The position numbers and the translations under genes are program-made. Of a stretch of DNA of 64,000 bases, positions 25,141 through 37,985 are shown piece after piece. The stretch spans positions 23,132,401-23,196,400 of the forward strand of contig CM120641.1 of NCBI GenBank assembly GCA_051362555.1, written 5' to 3'. Position 1 is the first letter of the stretch. Each line of letters starts with the position of its first letter. The notes under the pieces were generated by a model. The model searched no databases and was not told the DNA's origin. It worked only from the letters and a program-made list of their open reading frames with translations. Origin of the DNA: Lingula anatina (lineage: Eukaryota; Animalia; Brachiopoda).

Positions 25141-27334
25141 CATTCGGAACAGTGGACCAACCAGTCCACAGGTCAAGTAATATGGCAACCCACTAAAAAG
25201 CTTGCCATCTAATCCTCCAACAGACACTGAACAGATTCCATGTGGGGAAGCATTCCAGTGGGTCGGCCATCTTTGACCCACGGTCTAGTTCGGACTGTTC
25301 TGAATGCTGCCAGTGATGACTTGATAGACCAAGTTCATTGTTGGTGTTACTGCAGTGTGACACAATGTATTAGTGATGGGGTAAAGAGTGTATAAGGTGT
25401 GACATATTATGTTAGTGTTGAGGTAACTTGTTAGGTGTGAAAACTCACTTGGTATGACTGTGTGGCACACCAGTTGCTGGACCAAAGTGTTTGCAGGCTT
25501 CCCGTGCCTTGCGTGGACCTTGGAAGATAAATCATTCTTTTCATTCTTCACACAATAAAATAACAACATTTAAGAAAACATTATTAAATATAATAATAAG
25601 AAGAAATATTGAAATTTCTCAATAATAAATCATAATTCATAATTCAGTAACAGGGGAAATAGTAAGATCATGATAAAAATGTTTTTTCATGTACCGAATG
25701 CACAGTCCAGGAAGACACAATCAAGTCTCACCTTGAACCAGTACAGTGTTTTGTCCCTTTGGTGCTTTCAGGGCCAACTGATCAAATGTGATGATCTCAC
25801 CACCAGACTTCAGGATCCGTGCACGGGCACCAGAAGTCACATGCAGGGCACACACCTTAGGTAAAAGAAACATAAATGAATATAAAATGATAGATAATTA
25901 TGGCACAAGCACTGCTAGATGATGCTTTTGTCCCAAAGGTATCACTTCTCTAAGTAAAATTGGTCTTTTACAAAATTAATTAAAAATTCATTTTAAATGA
26001 TCTTATTTGATGGTAAATAATACATCTTGTTTCACATGACATTATCCATTATCCTTATCAATTGACAATGTGACAAAATATTTATTTGACAGCAGATAAA
26101 CAGCAGTATAGTTACCCTGAGTTTAGGTACTTCCAGAAGGCGCAGGTCATCAGTGATGGTTCCTACACACACAGCCATCTTGTTATCACGGCCTGGCTTC
26201 TTCATCAAACGCACCTTTAAAAGAGAGACGAGCAATAAAGAAGCAACTTTAAAAAACATTATTTTTAATTCAATAATATTGGCACTTTGTGACAGTTACA
26301 AGCATAATTGCAGGAATACTCAGATCTTAGGCAATGGTATGAGTAAATATTAAGAATGTCCTTAAAGCACTACAGAGTTAATAATTTAAATTTGCATGAA
26401 AACTTACCAGACGTGCAATAGACAGAGGTGGGCGGTTAATCTTGCTCATAAAAAGGCGCTTCAACACCACCTTATTAAACTTGGCATTGGTTCTGCGCGC
26501 TAGAAATCTATAGAGCTAAAACAGAAAAGAAGAATAGTTATTGAAAATGTTCCTCAATTTATAATTAGCAAAATAACAACCATTCACAAAGTGATATATA
26601 TTTTACGAAATTCCAATGACAGGTTAAATTAACTATATTTTTGGAGGGGGGGGGCAAAAAGAGTTCACTGTTTGAAGTATACTTTTTATATAATCATTTG
26701 AAGCTCTGCAATAGCTAACTGAATGTTAAGAAAACTTTTCTACAACGAACATTTAGGAACTGGTCAATTAAGAATCTCTCATACTTGCAGACAACAGAAA
26801 TAAGTATGTATAATACAGTCGTTATGCAAACAGTAACGAAGGGAGAGCTGAATGTACAAGTTTAAAAAGTATCCTAGCGTAAAGTGGCTGAACTGTTACA
26901 AGAATGAACTGCACTTGATTCATATGAAGTGACGTTGATCCAAAACACCAACACATCTGCAACGTAGACACCATTTCATTTGCAGCTCTTCTTAAACATC
27001 CCATAAAATTTAAGGGACGGAAAGGACCTGAAAGGTGTTATACACAAATTTATGTTCAAAACGTGCATGATTTCTTTAACGTTCAAACCTGACAGTTCGT
27101 GAGGACACCAAAGACTTACCTTCACCAAGAGCCGAAGGTAAATATCTTGACTCTTCGGCTCCTTTCTATGCACCTTTCTGTCATACTTGTGGTTTATGTC
27201 AACACCCTATGTATTAAAATACAAAATATCATTATCACTTAATCTAAACACATTCAAAATAAAAGTGAACTCAAAGTGATGAGGTAGATATAAATCGATT
27301 CTTTTTTATGTTAAGTGTACTTATCACCCACCAT
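23504..27334 (-). CDS. RPL18: 60S ribosomal protein L18 (eL18), 7 exons
   Basis: ATG-only first exon 27332-27334; 27120-27206 ([29 protein letters not shown]); 26408-26515 ([32 protein letters not shown]); 26116-26214; 25732-25855; 25449-25518 ([23 protein letters not shown]); 23504-23579 ([24 protein letters not shown]). Confidence 0.97.
23920..24954. mobile_element. Non-autonomous piggyBac-like element in the last RPL18 intron
   Basis: TTAA at 23916-23919 and 24955-24958; TIR CCCTCAAG(T/A)GACC; subterminal palindromes ggggtcatttacgacccc, ggggtcatttatgacccc, ggggtcatagatgacccc with asymmetric spacers; no transposase ORF. Confidence 0.85.
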
Positions 27335-27670
27335 GTTGGATGGTGTTGGAAAAAGGAAGTTTCATGGGTGGTGGATTGTGGGATATAAAGCGCCATCTAC
27401 ATCCTCTGGCAAAACTAGATAATAATCACATGAATGTGTGAGTGTTACAATGTTGTTGGTCGTCAATATCATTTGACTAATGCGTGTTAGTATGTGTTGT
27501 GAATGTATTAGAGTTTGTTATGCACATTAAGCCATGATGCTGATTTCTTTGGCATAGATCCTAAGAATTTGGGTGATCTGAAACGAGCGGAGAAGTTCAG
27601 GAGAGGGCAGATAGTTACCGGTGACGGTGTATCAAGGTGTGGGGCCGTACAGTGGAACTTAATATTGACC
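27335..27670. promoter_or_regulatory. Bidirectional promoter RPL18 / sphingosine kinase with 5'TOP/TCT initiator
   Basis: Minus strand cttcctttttcc (27348-27359) just upstream of the RPL18 ATG is a typical ribosomal-protein polypyrimidine initiator; ZNF143-like tcccacaatcc (about 27373-27383, minus); taaagcgccatcta at 27386. Confidence 0.7.
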
Positions 27671-30600
27671 ATGAATGCCGCAAGCAATACAAGCAATGGT
27701 GGGGCGTTGACTGAAAGTCCTTTACGCGAAGGTCAATTTCGAATACATCCTAAAAACACAACTTACAAAGTGTATTTATTCACAAATGAACTTCGATGCA
27801 TTCCAGTCAAAAAGGGGGACGCACAGAAGAAGTCGCTTTCTTTTTCTTTTGATGATGTAATAGGTTGTCACTGCATGAGGGGCAGAGGTGAGAGAAACTC
27901 CACAGATGCATATTTTTGTTTGTACTCATACCCGACCAAGAGAAAAACATTTGGAGGAGCATTTGTAAGAAAGAGGCATGACATAGCATTTGTTGTGGAT
28001 GTACATAACTCTTATCAAGAAAATTTAGAAGCTGCAGAGGAGTGGAGGGTTGCTATTCTTACATGTTTAAAAAGAGGTATGAGTGTGAAAAACTGTGTTG
28101 TGTTATATATATGTTTTTTGTCTTTACGTACTCCAATATTTTTAATAAATTATTCTTACTGTTCAAAAATAATCTAATAGCATTCTTGGTCAGCAAATCT
28201 TAGATCTGTTTCATTTACTTAATTTAGTGTTCTCAATTTTTTTAACTGGAATCCCATAAAGTAAAAAAGCCAGACTCCCTTGCCTTATTTTTTCCACACA
28301 CTGATGTGATTATGTGACTTGGTTTGATATAATGTAAACTGGTGCATCATACAGCACAAATGTTATTGATTATTTTTTGGACTCTATCCTTTTTTCATAT
28401 GTGGGGCAGTACTTGTATCATGCGTTCAAAGTTCAGAAAACCAACCTTGAAATCAAAAGAGTCCATGTAAATGCCTTCCTAGAAAAAAAAAGTGGAAACG
28501 TAGATTTAGCTACAGTTGCATATCCGTTGTACAAATTACTAAATGAATAAATCATAAGGTTTAGGGGTTAACATACAGTTGCAGATATGTAGGGTAGTAG
28601 ATCATGTGATCAGATGCCCAGATTTTACCCCTGGTCAGTACAGAATGCCTGTTATCAGTGCATTGTCCTCGGGCACTGCATATCACACCATGCATCATCA
28701 CTGTGAAGTAATGTAGACTTTATAACAGTAATACTGATACATGGGTGTCATATGTGAAGGAATTATGTTTATTTATTCAGTAGCACTAACAAAACCAAGG
28801 ATGATGCATTGGCACCCATTTCCAGAACGTGTGCATTATTTAGGACACCTAAAATTATTTTTAGGATGTAAACTGAAACAATCAATGCAGTTGTTTATCC
28901 TCTTTGAAGCTGCAATATATTTATGTCAGCTTTTCTGTGTCAAGCTCAATAAAATAGGATATTTAGTTGTTTTAGAACATTTGCTGACTAAGCATCAGCT
29001 GACTTTTTTTAATTGGTGGATTGGGTTCTTGGTAATGGTATTTCTTGTATAATTGAAGTGAGTATTACATATTATTTCCTCCAGGTTTTCTTAATGGTGA
29101 TGTTTTTATTTTTCCTTCTAGCCATGGATGTTGACATCACTCCCAGGGCCAGGAAGGTTTTGGTGTTTGTTAACCCTTTCAGTGGCCCTGGAAAAGCACT
29201 AGACATCTATCAGAAGAGAGTAGTGCCCACCTTGGCTGAGTTAGACTTGAATTTCCACCTTATTATAACAGGTAATGCATTGTTTGTAATGTATACCTTT
29301 ATCAGCTTATTATTTTGTGAAATATTACATATATCAAGTACATACAGATGCTGGTTTGTTTTCTTTTCTTAAATAGTAATGCAAATAAATAATTGAAAAG
29401 GAATAAATGTAATGGGGGTATGGTAATGCTGGTAAATCATTTAACAAATAATGCAGTGAGAAAAAATCATAAAAAAAAAAGAATCAGTATGGCTTTCATG
29501 TTACAATGAGGCCCATTTAACAGCTGATTCATATAAAGACTTAAGATTAATGGTAAAGGTATTCCAGTTCAGCACTCTGCAGCTAATAGTCATTGTTAAA
29601 CATTTAATCTAGGCCAGACCAAAGCACTAAAGATGAAAAAACTATTGTTTGTTTATTGGAATTATGCTAGTGTATTATTTGAGCTGCTTTGATGCTTTTG
29701 CATGTTTAGTAATCCCTATTTTTAACAAACCCAATGTTCTGGGGGACACATGCAGAATAAGAATGTACCACAGTATGTGTTAGAGAGTCATATAAGTGAT
29801 TTAGTTACCACAAAATACAATTTATATGTAAGCTTAGCCCATTACCTTTACTCCTGGGATTGATGGGAGCTAAAAATCTAATTAAAAGGAAGAATGGTCC
29901 TTACCCTATTCAAAATAACTTTTACTACAGGAGAGGGAAGCAAATAAGATATGGGTAGTTGTCAGTTGTAATTAGTCAATTTAAATTGGAATTAAAGGAG
30001 TCTACAAAATGAGGACTGTCTGTTTTGTAATCACTACCAGGTGCCATATCATGTAATCAAATCCTGTGCAAATTGTCACTATGTGACACTGCTGACGACA
30101 AGACATTAAGTCACCTGAAGAAGGCTTTGTGATAAGGTCAAAATGTTGTCACATCCGTTTCAAAATGTACAGTCTATTTTAAGAGTCAGTTTCATTTCTA
30201 GTGTTATCTTCCTTTATTGAATATTTTTGTAAGCTTGCCTGAGCAGATTGGCGTCCACTTTTTTCCATGTTTTGACGGGACAATAATATACTTCTGCTGA
30301 GCATCTCACTGTTTAGTGATACCTCTGTGATATGATAACATAATTTAGCTGATACTTAGGTGAAGAGATACTTAATTAATTTTTTAATTTATTTTTCATT
30401 CCTTTACACTGGGTATACATCTGCTATAATTTATACATAGTTCTGTCTTCAGAATACATGTAAATTAATCAAGAGTTGTGTTAAGCTAAGGCAAAAGCCA
30501 TGCATGACTTACAAAAGAGGATGTAAAAGCACTATTTACATTTTAATTTATCATTTGACCTTTGCTAGAAAAAACCAACAGTGTTACATTTTTCAATTGA

Positions 30601-33078
30601 CTATTTGAGCGAGTAGCTTTCAAGAGTCATGGGCAGCTTAAAATCTTCTTGCCCAAGTTAATGCATTATATGATCTTATATATTTGACTCAAGTTCTCTT
30701 GGACTCCTGTTGCTTACTAGTCTGGGGTATGTCACACAAAAAGTGACTTGATCTTTAGGCCAGGAAGTTTTCAGTTTTGATTACCAGCAAAAAGTACTTT
30801 GGCCAGGGAGTTGGTATTCAAATACTGTGTCAACTTGGGCAGTGAAGTAAGTGATTGAGCACCTCAGCATTCAGCTAAAACAGACCTATTCGATTTGTTG
30901 TTATTATTATTATTATTGTGTTATTAATAAACTTTTTAAATTGCAGAATTAGGGGCACATTTTTTGTATAATCTCAATTGTTTACTTTCAGAGAGAGCTG
31001 GCCATGCAAAAGATGTAGTTAAAACCATAGACATAAGTGAGTGGTATGGAGTTATTATCGTCTCAGGGGATGGTTTGATATTTGAGGTAAAGAAATAATA
31101 ACATGGTGTTTCATATATATCTTAACTTATGAATTAATGGATACATTAAGAATCAAAATATATACATCAATATTGAGCTAAAAAAAATTAATTCTGCTTT
31201 TCAAATCTTTCATTTTTTTATGTATTACATTCAGTTAATTTAAATGTCTGTGAAAAAACTTCCTGTTATGTGACCAGAATAACAAGTGGTTGAGAATTGA
31301 ATTTCTTTCCATATCACAGCGTTCAGACAACCGGATGCTGGTGAACTTGGCTAATTTTGTTTGCATGTTATTTCCCAGAAGTAAGATAATGCTGTATTTC
31401 CTGTACTCCAGGTAATCAATGGTTTAATGAGCCGCCCTGACTGGGAGCATGCTATCCACCACCTTCCACTGGGAGTGGTGCCTGGAGGGTCAGGGAATGC
31501 TCTCTGTTGTGCCATCAACAGCCATAATGGGTTAGTCTGATCTGAGTATCTAGATTGTCTGGTGCGGTGTTCCAAGGCACTAAGTATTGATGTTATGCAG
31601 GGTTTTTTTTCCCCAACAGTTTGAAGTTGGTGTAGATTGCTTGCTTTTGAGAACATAAGATTAATGGGTAGCATTGTATAGATCTGTTGGAAAATTACCA
31701 CATAGAGATAAATTTATGGAGATATCATTGATGACACTTTGCTTGATGAATATAAACAGCTACTGGTGAGCTTTAAAGAGGTAACATTGTAACCAATTTG
31801 TTCTGGACACCTTCATTACATAAACTCTTAACTTTCTTTATGGTGTGTTTTACTCCAACATAAACTGTGCCTTTTTTTGTCTCTTAGGGAACCTTACAAA
31901 GACAACATCCTCACCCACTCTTTGTTTGTCCTGGCCAAGCATAAAATCAAGGCTCTAGACCTTGTGGCAGTTGATACCTGTGAGGGCCGTCATTATTCCT
32001 TCCTGTCTATCACCTGGGGGATCATTTCAGATGTGGACATAGAGAGTGAGAAGTACAGGAGTCTGGGGAATGCTAGGTTTACAGTAGGGGCATTAGTCAG
32101 AATTGTAGGTAAGGAAATGGTTGTGATTTTCTCTTTTTTGTACAGGTTTTACCAGAGTTTTTAATAAGATCAGTATGCATGGTATTTTGTGATACTTTGG
32201 ATATGAATTAGAATTTTGGTTAAGATTGAGTTAAAAAATATGGCAGCATGTGAAATATGTTTGATTAATTTATTTAGATATATTATTTTAATCTTTCTTT
32301 TTATTTTTGTCATTTTCCAGGTTTGAGGACTTACCATGGTCGTCTTTCATTTTTACCGTGTGAACCATACAGGTGTCACACATCTAGGTCCACCAGTTGT
32401 TCCACATGGGAGCCTTCAGTCAATGCAAATACTGCTGATGTTGTCACAAGTCAGCCCAAATCAAGGTCTCTAAGTTGTCCAGATGGTTTAGGAGATAGTG
32501 CTACAGAAGAAGTGTTGCGGAGCAGGTTACAGCATGGAGGACCAGCTGATGAGCCCTTAACTCCAGTCTTTCCTGAAGAAGGTGGTGGAGATTTAGAAAC
32601 TGTCATTGCCAATTCCAGCACACCAGCTGCAGACAGCACTCAGCTAACCTGTGATAGTCCATCAAGAGGAGATGCTGCTACTCCTCGACCTGTGGAGACT
32701 GCCTTGCTTCCTCCTCTCTCTGACCCAGTCCCCGCAAGCTGGGTGACCATAGAAGACAACTTTGTCACAGTGGTGGCAGCATATGAAAGCCATCTTGGAC
32801 CAGATATTATCATTGCACCAGAAGCTACTTTTAATGATGGTATCATACACTTAATGTTTGCTAAAGCAGGAATATCCAGAAGTAGTCTGTTAAAACTCTT
32901 TTTATCCATGGAAAATGGAAGTCATGTCAACTCACCAGACATTGAAATTATAAAAGTAAAAGCTTTCCGTTTAGAACCTATCACACCAGGTGGTGTTATA
33001 GCCATTGATGGTGAAAAAGTAAAGTATGGGCCAATTCAAGCCCAAGTCCTACCAGGCCTGGCTAGATTTATGGCTTAA
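27671..33078 (+). CDS. SPHK2: Sphingosine kinase (SPHK2-like architecture), 6 exons
   Basis: Exons approx. 27671-28076 (N-terminal PH-like region), 29122-29271 (VFVNPFSGPGKA), 30993-31087 (VSGDGLIFE), 31412-31530 (VINGLM..PGGSGNAL), 31889-32108 (WGIISDVDIESEKYRSLGNARFT), 32321-33078 (Ser/Pro-rich insert, AFRLEP..IDGEKV.YGPIQAQV). It predates the vertebrate SPHK1/2 split, so the symbol is approximate. Confidence 0.93.
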
Positions 33079-35869
33079 ACAGGTATTAGAGCCTATAGGT
33101 CTGTGATGTATCCTTCTGTCTCATCTTTTAATGTACAGACAGAGAAATCTGTACACGTTGCCTTTGCCCGTGACTGTCTGTGTCATCGGACCAGAGTGTC
33201 TAAGCCAGACATATTTCTTGTTGCTGCAGTAACTGGGATATAGTCAGGCAATTTCAAAAGGGGGTTTCTTTTTCCGAAAAAGTGGACCTCTTACAATGAA
33301 ATCTTTGCGTACCAAGATCAAATTTAACCCAGAATGGACCTTTTCCCGACAAAAAGGGTGGTTCTTTCGAACCCCCTAAACCCCCTGGCTACAGGCCTGG
33401 ATGTAACATTGCCATTTTGGCCTCAGATTCATAGTGATTACTTATTATTTTAAAATCAGTTCTGGTTCAAAAAATAGACATAATCCAGCCATTTGTTATG
33501 TTTCTTTTAAATAAATTTTTAAAATTTTTAATAAAGTAGGTCAAGATACTGTGGATAAGTACTTTTTTGCCAAAGGTAAAATATAGATAACTCTTTTTCT
33601 TTAAAGGTAAACTATCTGCATTTAAAAATGTCCATAATTCATTTTTTGTCTGTCATACTAAGCTACTTATCTTTACCAATCCAGACCTCAAAAACAATAA
33701 CCCCCCCCCCAAAAAAAAATAATAATAATAATAATAATAATAGTACCAAATGTCAATATTTCTGAAATGTACAGAAAGACATGGCCAGTCTTTTAAACAC
33801 AAATAATTTATGTAGAAATGGTGTAAGACATCAAATCCAAGTGCAGGTGTGGGTTGAGCAATGGTTTGAGGAAAGTATGATTTGTCAGGAAAATCTCTGG
33901 ACAAAATTCCTTAAAACTTTTTTGTTTCATATGCAGGGCTTTAATGCAGATGTAATTATCCCATCTATAGTTGTTACATTATTGTTTTCTTTTTGTTTTT
34001 ACTGTTACTGATATAGGTTGTCTGTACATTTGCCAGCTTTAACTGGCTTTTCTTTTTTTTTTTATCAAGACTGTGACTTGTAATGATACATTTTTTTCTA
34101 GGTTCAGGGTAATTGTTTTATGAACATGTCAGGAATGCATTTTAAGCTTTTAACTGGGACCAAGAAAGAAATTGCATTTATTAAGTCCCCATTTGAATTC
34201 AAAAAGAAAAGAAATACTTATTACCTTTGCTTTTAAATTGGTAGTAATTCAGAGCAGGAAGGTCATGATAAAGATTTACCTTTTGAACTGATTTAATGTG
34301 TTTGAAGGGTCATTTTCTAATCACTGTTTACAAAGTGTGTGACTGTATGAATTTGACCCATCTCATTACCCTATTTTTTTCATTAGCTAGCATTAGAACT
34401 TCTTGCATTAATTAACTGGATACATAGATGGAAGTACCTTTAATTTGAGATTAACAGTATTGTTATGAAAGGTAGAGTTTGATGGATTACCGAAATATGT
34501 TATGTAAAACAAAGTATGGGAAAATTTTCCATTTCGTTGATTAATCTTACCACTTGTTTTACCAGACATGAGGTTTCCTCTGACTTGTCAAAGCTATTGG
34601 TCACCTTGGAATTACCTAGACCTTGTTCATGATGCTGGCAACTGACTGGCATTAAGACTAGAATAAATATCAGGGAGAGCCATAAAACTTTCTTATATGG
34701 GCTACATTGTTGTACACAAGGGTACTGTATTCTTTTTATTATTGAATTCAAAGGCAAACAAAACCATATCTGTGGTTTGTATAATGGAATGTCATGATAT
34801 TACTGGTGGTACAAATCCAGGAGGCAGCCAAAACCTCTTTGGACCTCGAGAAACTCGAATATAATTTCAACTGTTTATTTGTCACTCTATATTTAATCAG
34901 CATTTATGTAGCAACTTCCAGTGAACCTTTGAAAACTAGGTATTATTTGATATTATATGATTTTCAAAATAAATGTGTGATTTCAGTGGCAATAACCTGT
35001 GCAGCATAACAGCCCATGTGTATTTTATTTTGTTATATCTGTGTTATCTAACAAACATTCCAACGCCAGTTGCCAGCTTGATATTGTGGGTGAAGCGTTT
35101 ATGTTGAAAATTGTGTGTATAATTCAGTATGCCAAATATGAAGATCGTGATTTGTACAGTTGCAGTAGACATATTATTTCATGCATCGACACTCCCTGTC
35201 AACGGAACCAGGTGCATGATGTGAAAGTAAAAATATCATGAATTAGATGAATATAGTATAATTGCTTATTATAAAGATGTTAACACTAAAATACTGCTGT
35301 TGTGGTTCAGTGGATCGATGAAATGTCTTGTTAGTGCTTATTTGAGGTGTAGTGATATGTGCTTACACCCAAAACGGACAAAATAATATTTTGATGAAAT
35401 TGTATTTTGTTGGGTCTTTCCCCGATTTAAACAGTCTCAAACTTGAGTTGCAAACAATTATTCGTGGAAGTTACACAATACAGTGCTACAAGATGCAACA
35501 TACGACCAAACATTTATTACATTAATAGAACACTTTTTGGACAAAAAATATGTATCCTGCTGGGATAAGTTTCAAAGCTTTAACAAATCTACTTATTCAT
35601 TGTGCTTATCCAGTTGTGTAACAGTAAGGCGACATCTATACTAAACAGAAAAGATAAATAAGATGAGTGATAACATTAAACTTATTTAAAATGGCATTAA
35701 AGCTTTTCTATTTGTTCTTTTTTTTTAAGTTTTTTTTTTAAGTTCTTGATACTGAAAGCATTTGTTTTACCGTAGCCTAAACTGATCACGCGTTCACTCA
35801 TATCGAAGATAACGTTTTTTATCACAATATCAGACTATATGCATATTGGTTTTTCGATATGATCCCCCG

Positions 35870-35874
<5 letters not shown>

Positions 35875-35912
<38 letters not shown>
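35875..35912. repeat. (CA)n microsatellite
   Basis: Direct inspection. Confidence 0.95.
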
Positions 35913-35917
<5 letters not shown>

Positions 35918-37421
35918 CATGCACACGAAAGAAAAAGATAAAGTAGAGCAACCGTGCCTTTACTTGATCCTAACACGCTTATCGGCCCAGGAGGAGAGGT
36001 TAGTATTAATAGAAGTACTTTTTCTACTTCTGTGGTGCGACGTGTCACTTACAACGGCGTCGTACGTCGTTGCAGGATAGACCCCTTTACCGGAATCGCT
36101 CCTTTATCTTCCTTTGATAGAGAACAAGTACATTTTCACAAAATTTAATGTAGTTTTTCTTCTTAAAATCTCGTTCAAAGAAAAGTATTTAAAAGCTAAC
36201 CATATGTACGCTTGAATGTTGTGGATTTGTTTCTTTACGTTTAGCCTTTAAGCCTAATCCTCTAGCCGATCAGTTCTTTTGCTTTTGTAGAATATATTTA
36301 GTTAACTTACCTTGTGTCAAAAAATTATTAATTTTCTTGCGTGGAAAAGGTTGGTTATCTCGACGAAAAAGTTCATGTTCTTTTATCCAGACTTAGGCTA
36401 AAGCTTGTCCTTATCCTACGAAGAAAATATTTAGGGCCTTCTGACTGTAACATAACTTTAACCATTCCTCCTGGACCCTTACAGACGATAATTACAAGCT
36501 AAAAAAACTACAATAACAAGAATTATGATGGGATAATCTTTCCATAAAAAGAAGAACTTTTTAAATTTCATCGGATCTACCGCAAATAAGTAGGCCTAGG
36601 CCTAAAATTTAATAGGCCTTTTGCGATATCGTAGGCCTAACTGAACTGACTTTATGATAGATCACACATCGCATGTTAATCTACTGAGTAGGCCTAAACC
36701 GTTCTTACCATATTTTCATTTTTCACCCAGGAATGATATAGGATCATCAATGTTCCAAGAAAACCTTTTAGCCGTCACAAAAATATAGGCTTCTAAAGGC
36801 TAGGCTACTTATCTTACTCAGCCGGTAGGCCTAATTCCGCTATTAAAATCTAAAGCTCTGCCAGGCAGATAAATATATATATATTTCAAATGAGTTAATT
36901 CTAGGATAACCAGTGCTAGAAACACCGAACACCACACCAAGGGGGCAAGGGTCGGCTTCGCATCCGAGGCCTGTCGATCTAAAAAAAAAAAAAAAAAAAA
37001 ACTGGACCCGTCTATAGGGCCTAAGCCTGAATCCGCCCCAGATTGGGGTCTGCTCTTCGAATCTCAATCTGTTTTTCCATAGACACTTCTAAAAATTGTT
37101 ATCAAATTCATTCATTACTTTTTTGGGCAAAGAAAAAAAAAGTGATTTGTTGTCTTTTTAGCCTTATTGTAAATTGGAGATAGGCCTATCCGCATGCATA
37201 AACATGTAAAGACAGGGAAATGAGAAGAAATCTTAATCAGGACGTCATCTTTCACGTCACATAACGTTCGTTGCGCGCTCACGTTTTCTGTAGTGCGTTT
37301 ATTGAAAAGACGTCACATTTCCTAACGACTGACAACGCATCGTGTTATGAAGATTTGCTCGCAAAGGTTTCAAGAAATATATTCAATGCAGTGCTCAAGC
37401 GTGAACTAATATGGGCAACAT

Positions 37422-37944
37422 ATGGCAATCCGATGGCATGATATCAAGCATAGAATACAGTGGACTACAAAGAAAGAAGTATATATTTATCTGTCTTGGT
37501 TATTTTGTGTATATTTGTTTGGAACAGTTATCACTGATGTTATTTGTTATGCTGTCGTGGAAAGGACGGATTTATCAACACAGAATAATACCATTGCGAT
37601 CTTAGTAAGTATTACACTCGAAGACAAATTGTACATTGCATTTTTACTTTCAGAAAAAAATCTTATTAACGTCTGGTCAACTTAATCAATTGTAGGTCAT
37701 AATTTTCCTCATTATTTCTTTATTTTTGCAAAATCAATATATAGTCGATGGTATAAATATATATATATATATCAATTTAAAATTAATTGCAAAGGGCTCA
37801 TATCTACGTATACTGTCTGTAACAAAGTCATGATATTCTACTTGATGCCATGGGTTTGAGGTAAAAATTACACAATAATGTTATTCAGTTTACCAGGGAG
37901 ACCAACATATTTTCTGTGTGGACTTTTTGGTTCTCAGAAAGAAA

Positions 37945-37985
<41 letters not shown>

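Noticed and set aside
26516-27119. snoRNA in RPL18 intron 2
   Set aside because: Some local complementarity but no convincing C/D or H/ACA box arrangement.
27515-27670. 52-codon N-terminal extension of SPHK from a TTG start
   Set aside because: No AUG; lies in promoter/5' UTR; ATG 27671 has a good context (accATG). Cannot be supported without ribosome profiling.
33108-33117. U12-like donor gtatccttct after the SPHK stop (similar motifs at 12026, 43800, 49912)
   Set aside because: Not at exon boundaries, or on the non-coding strand; no matching branch site identified.
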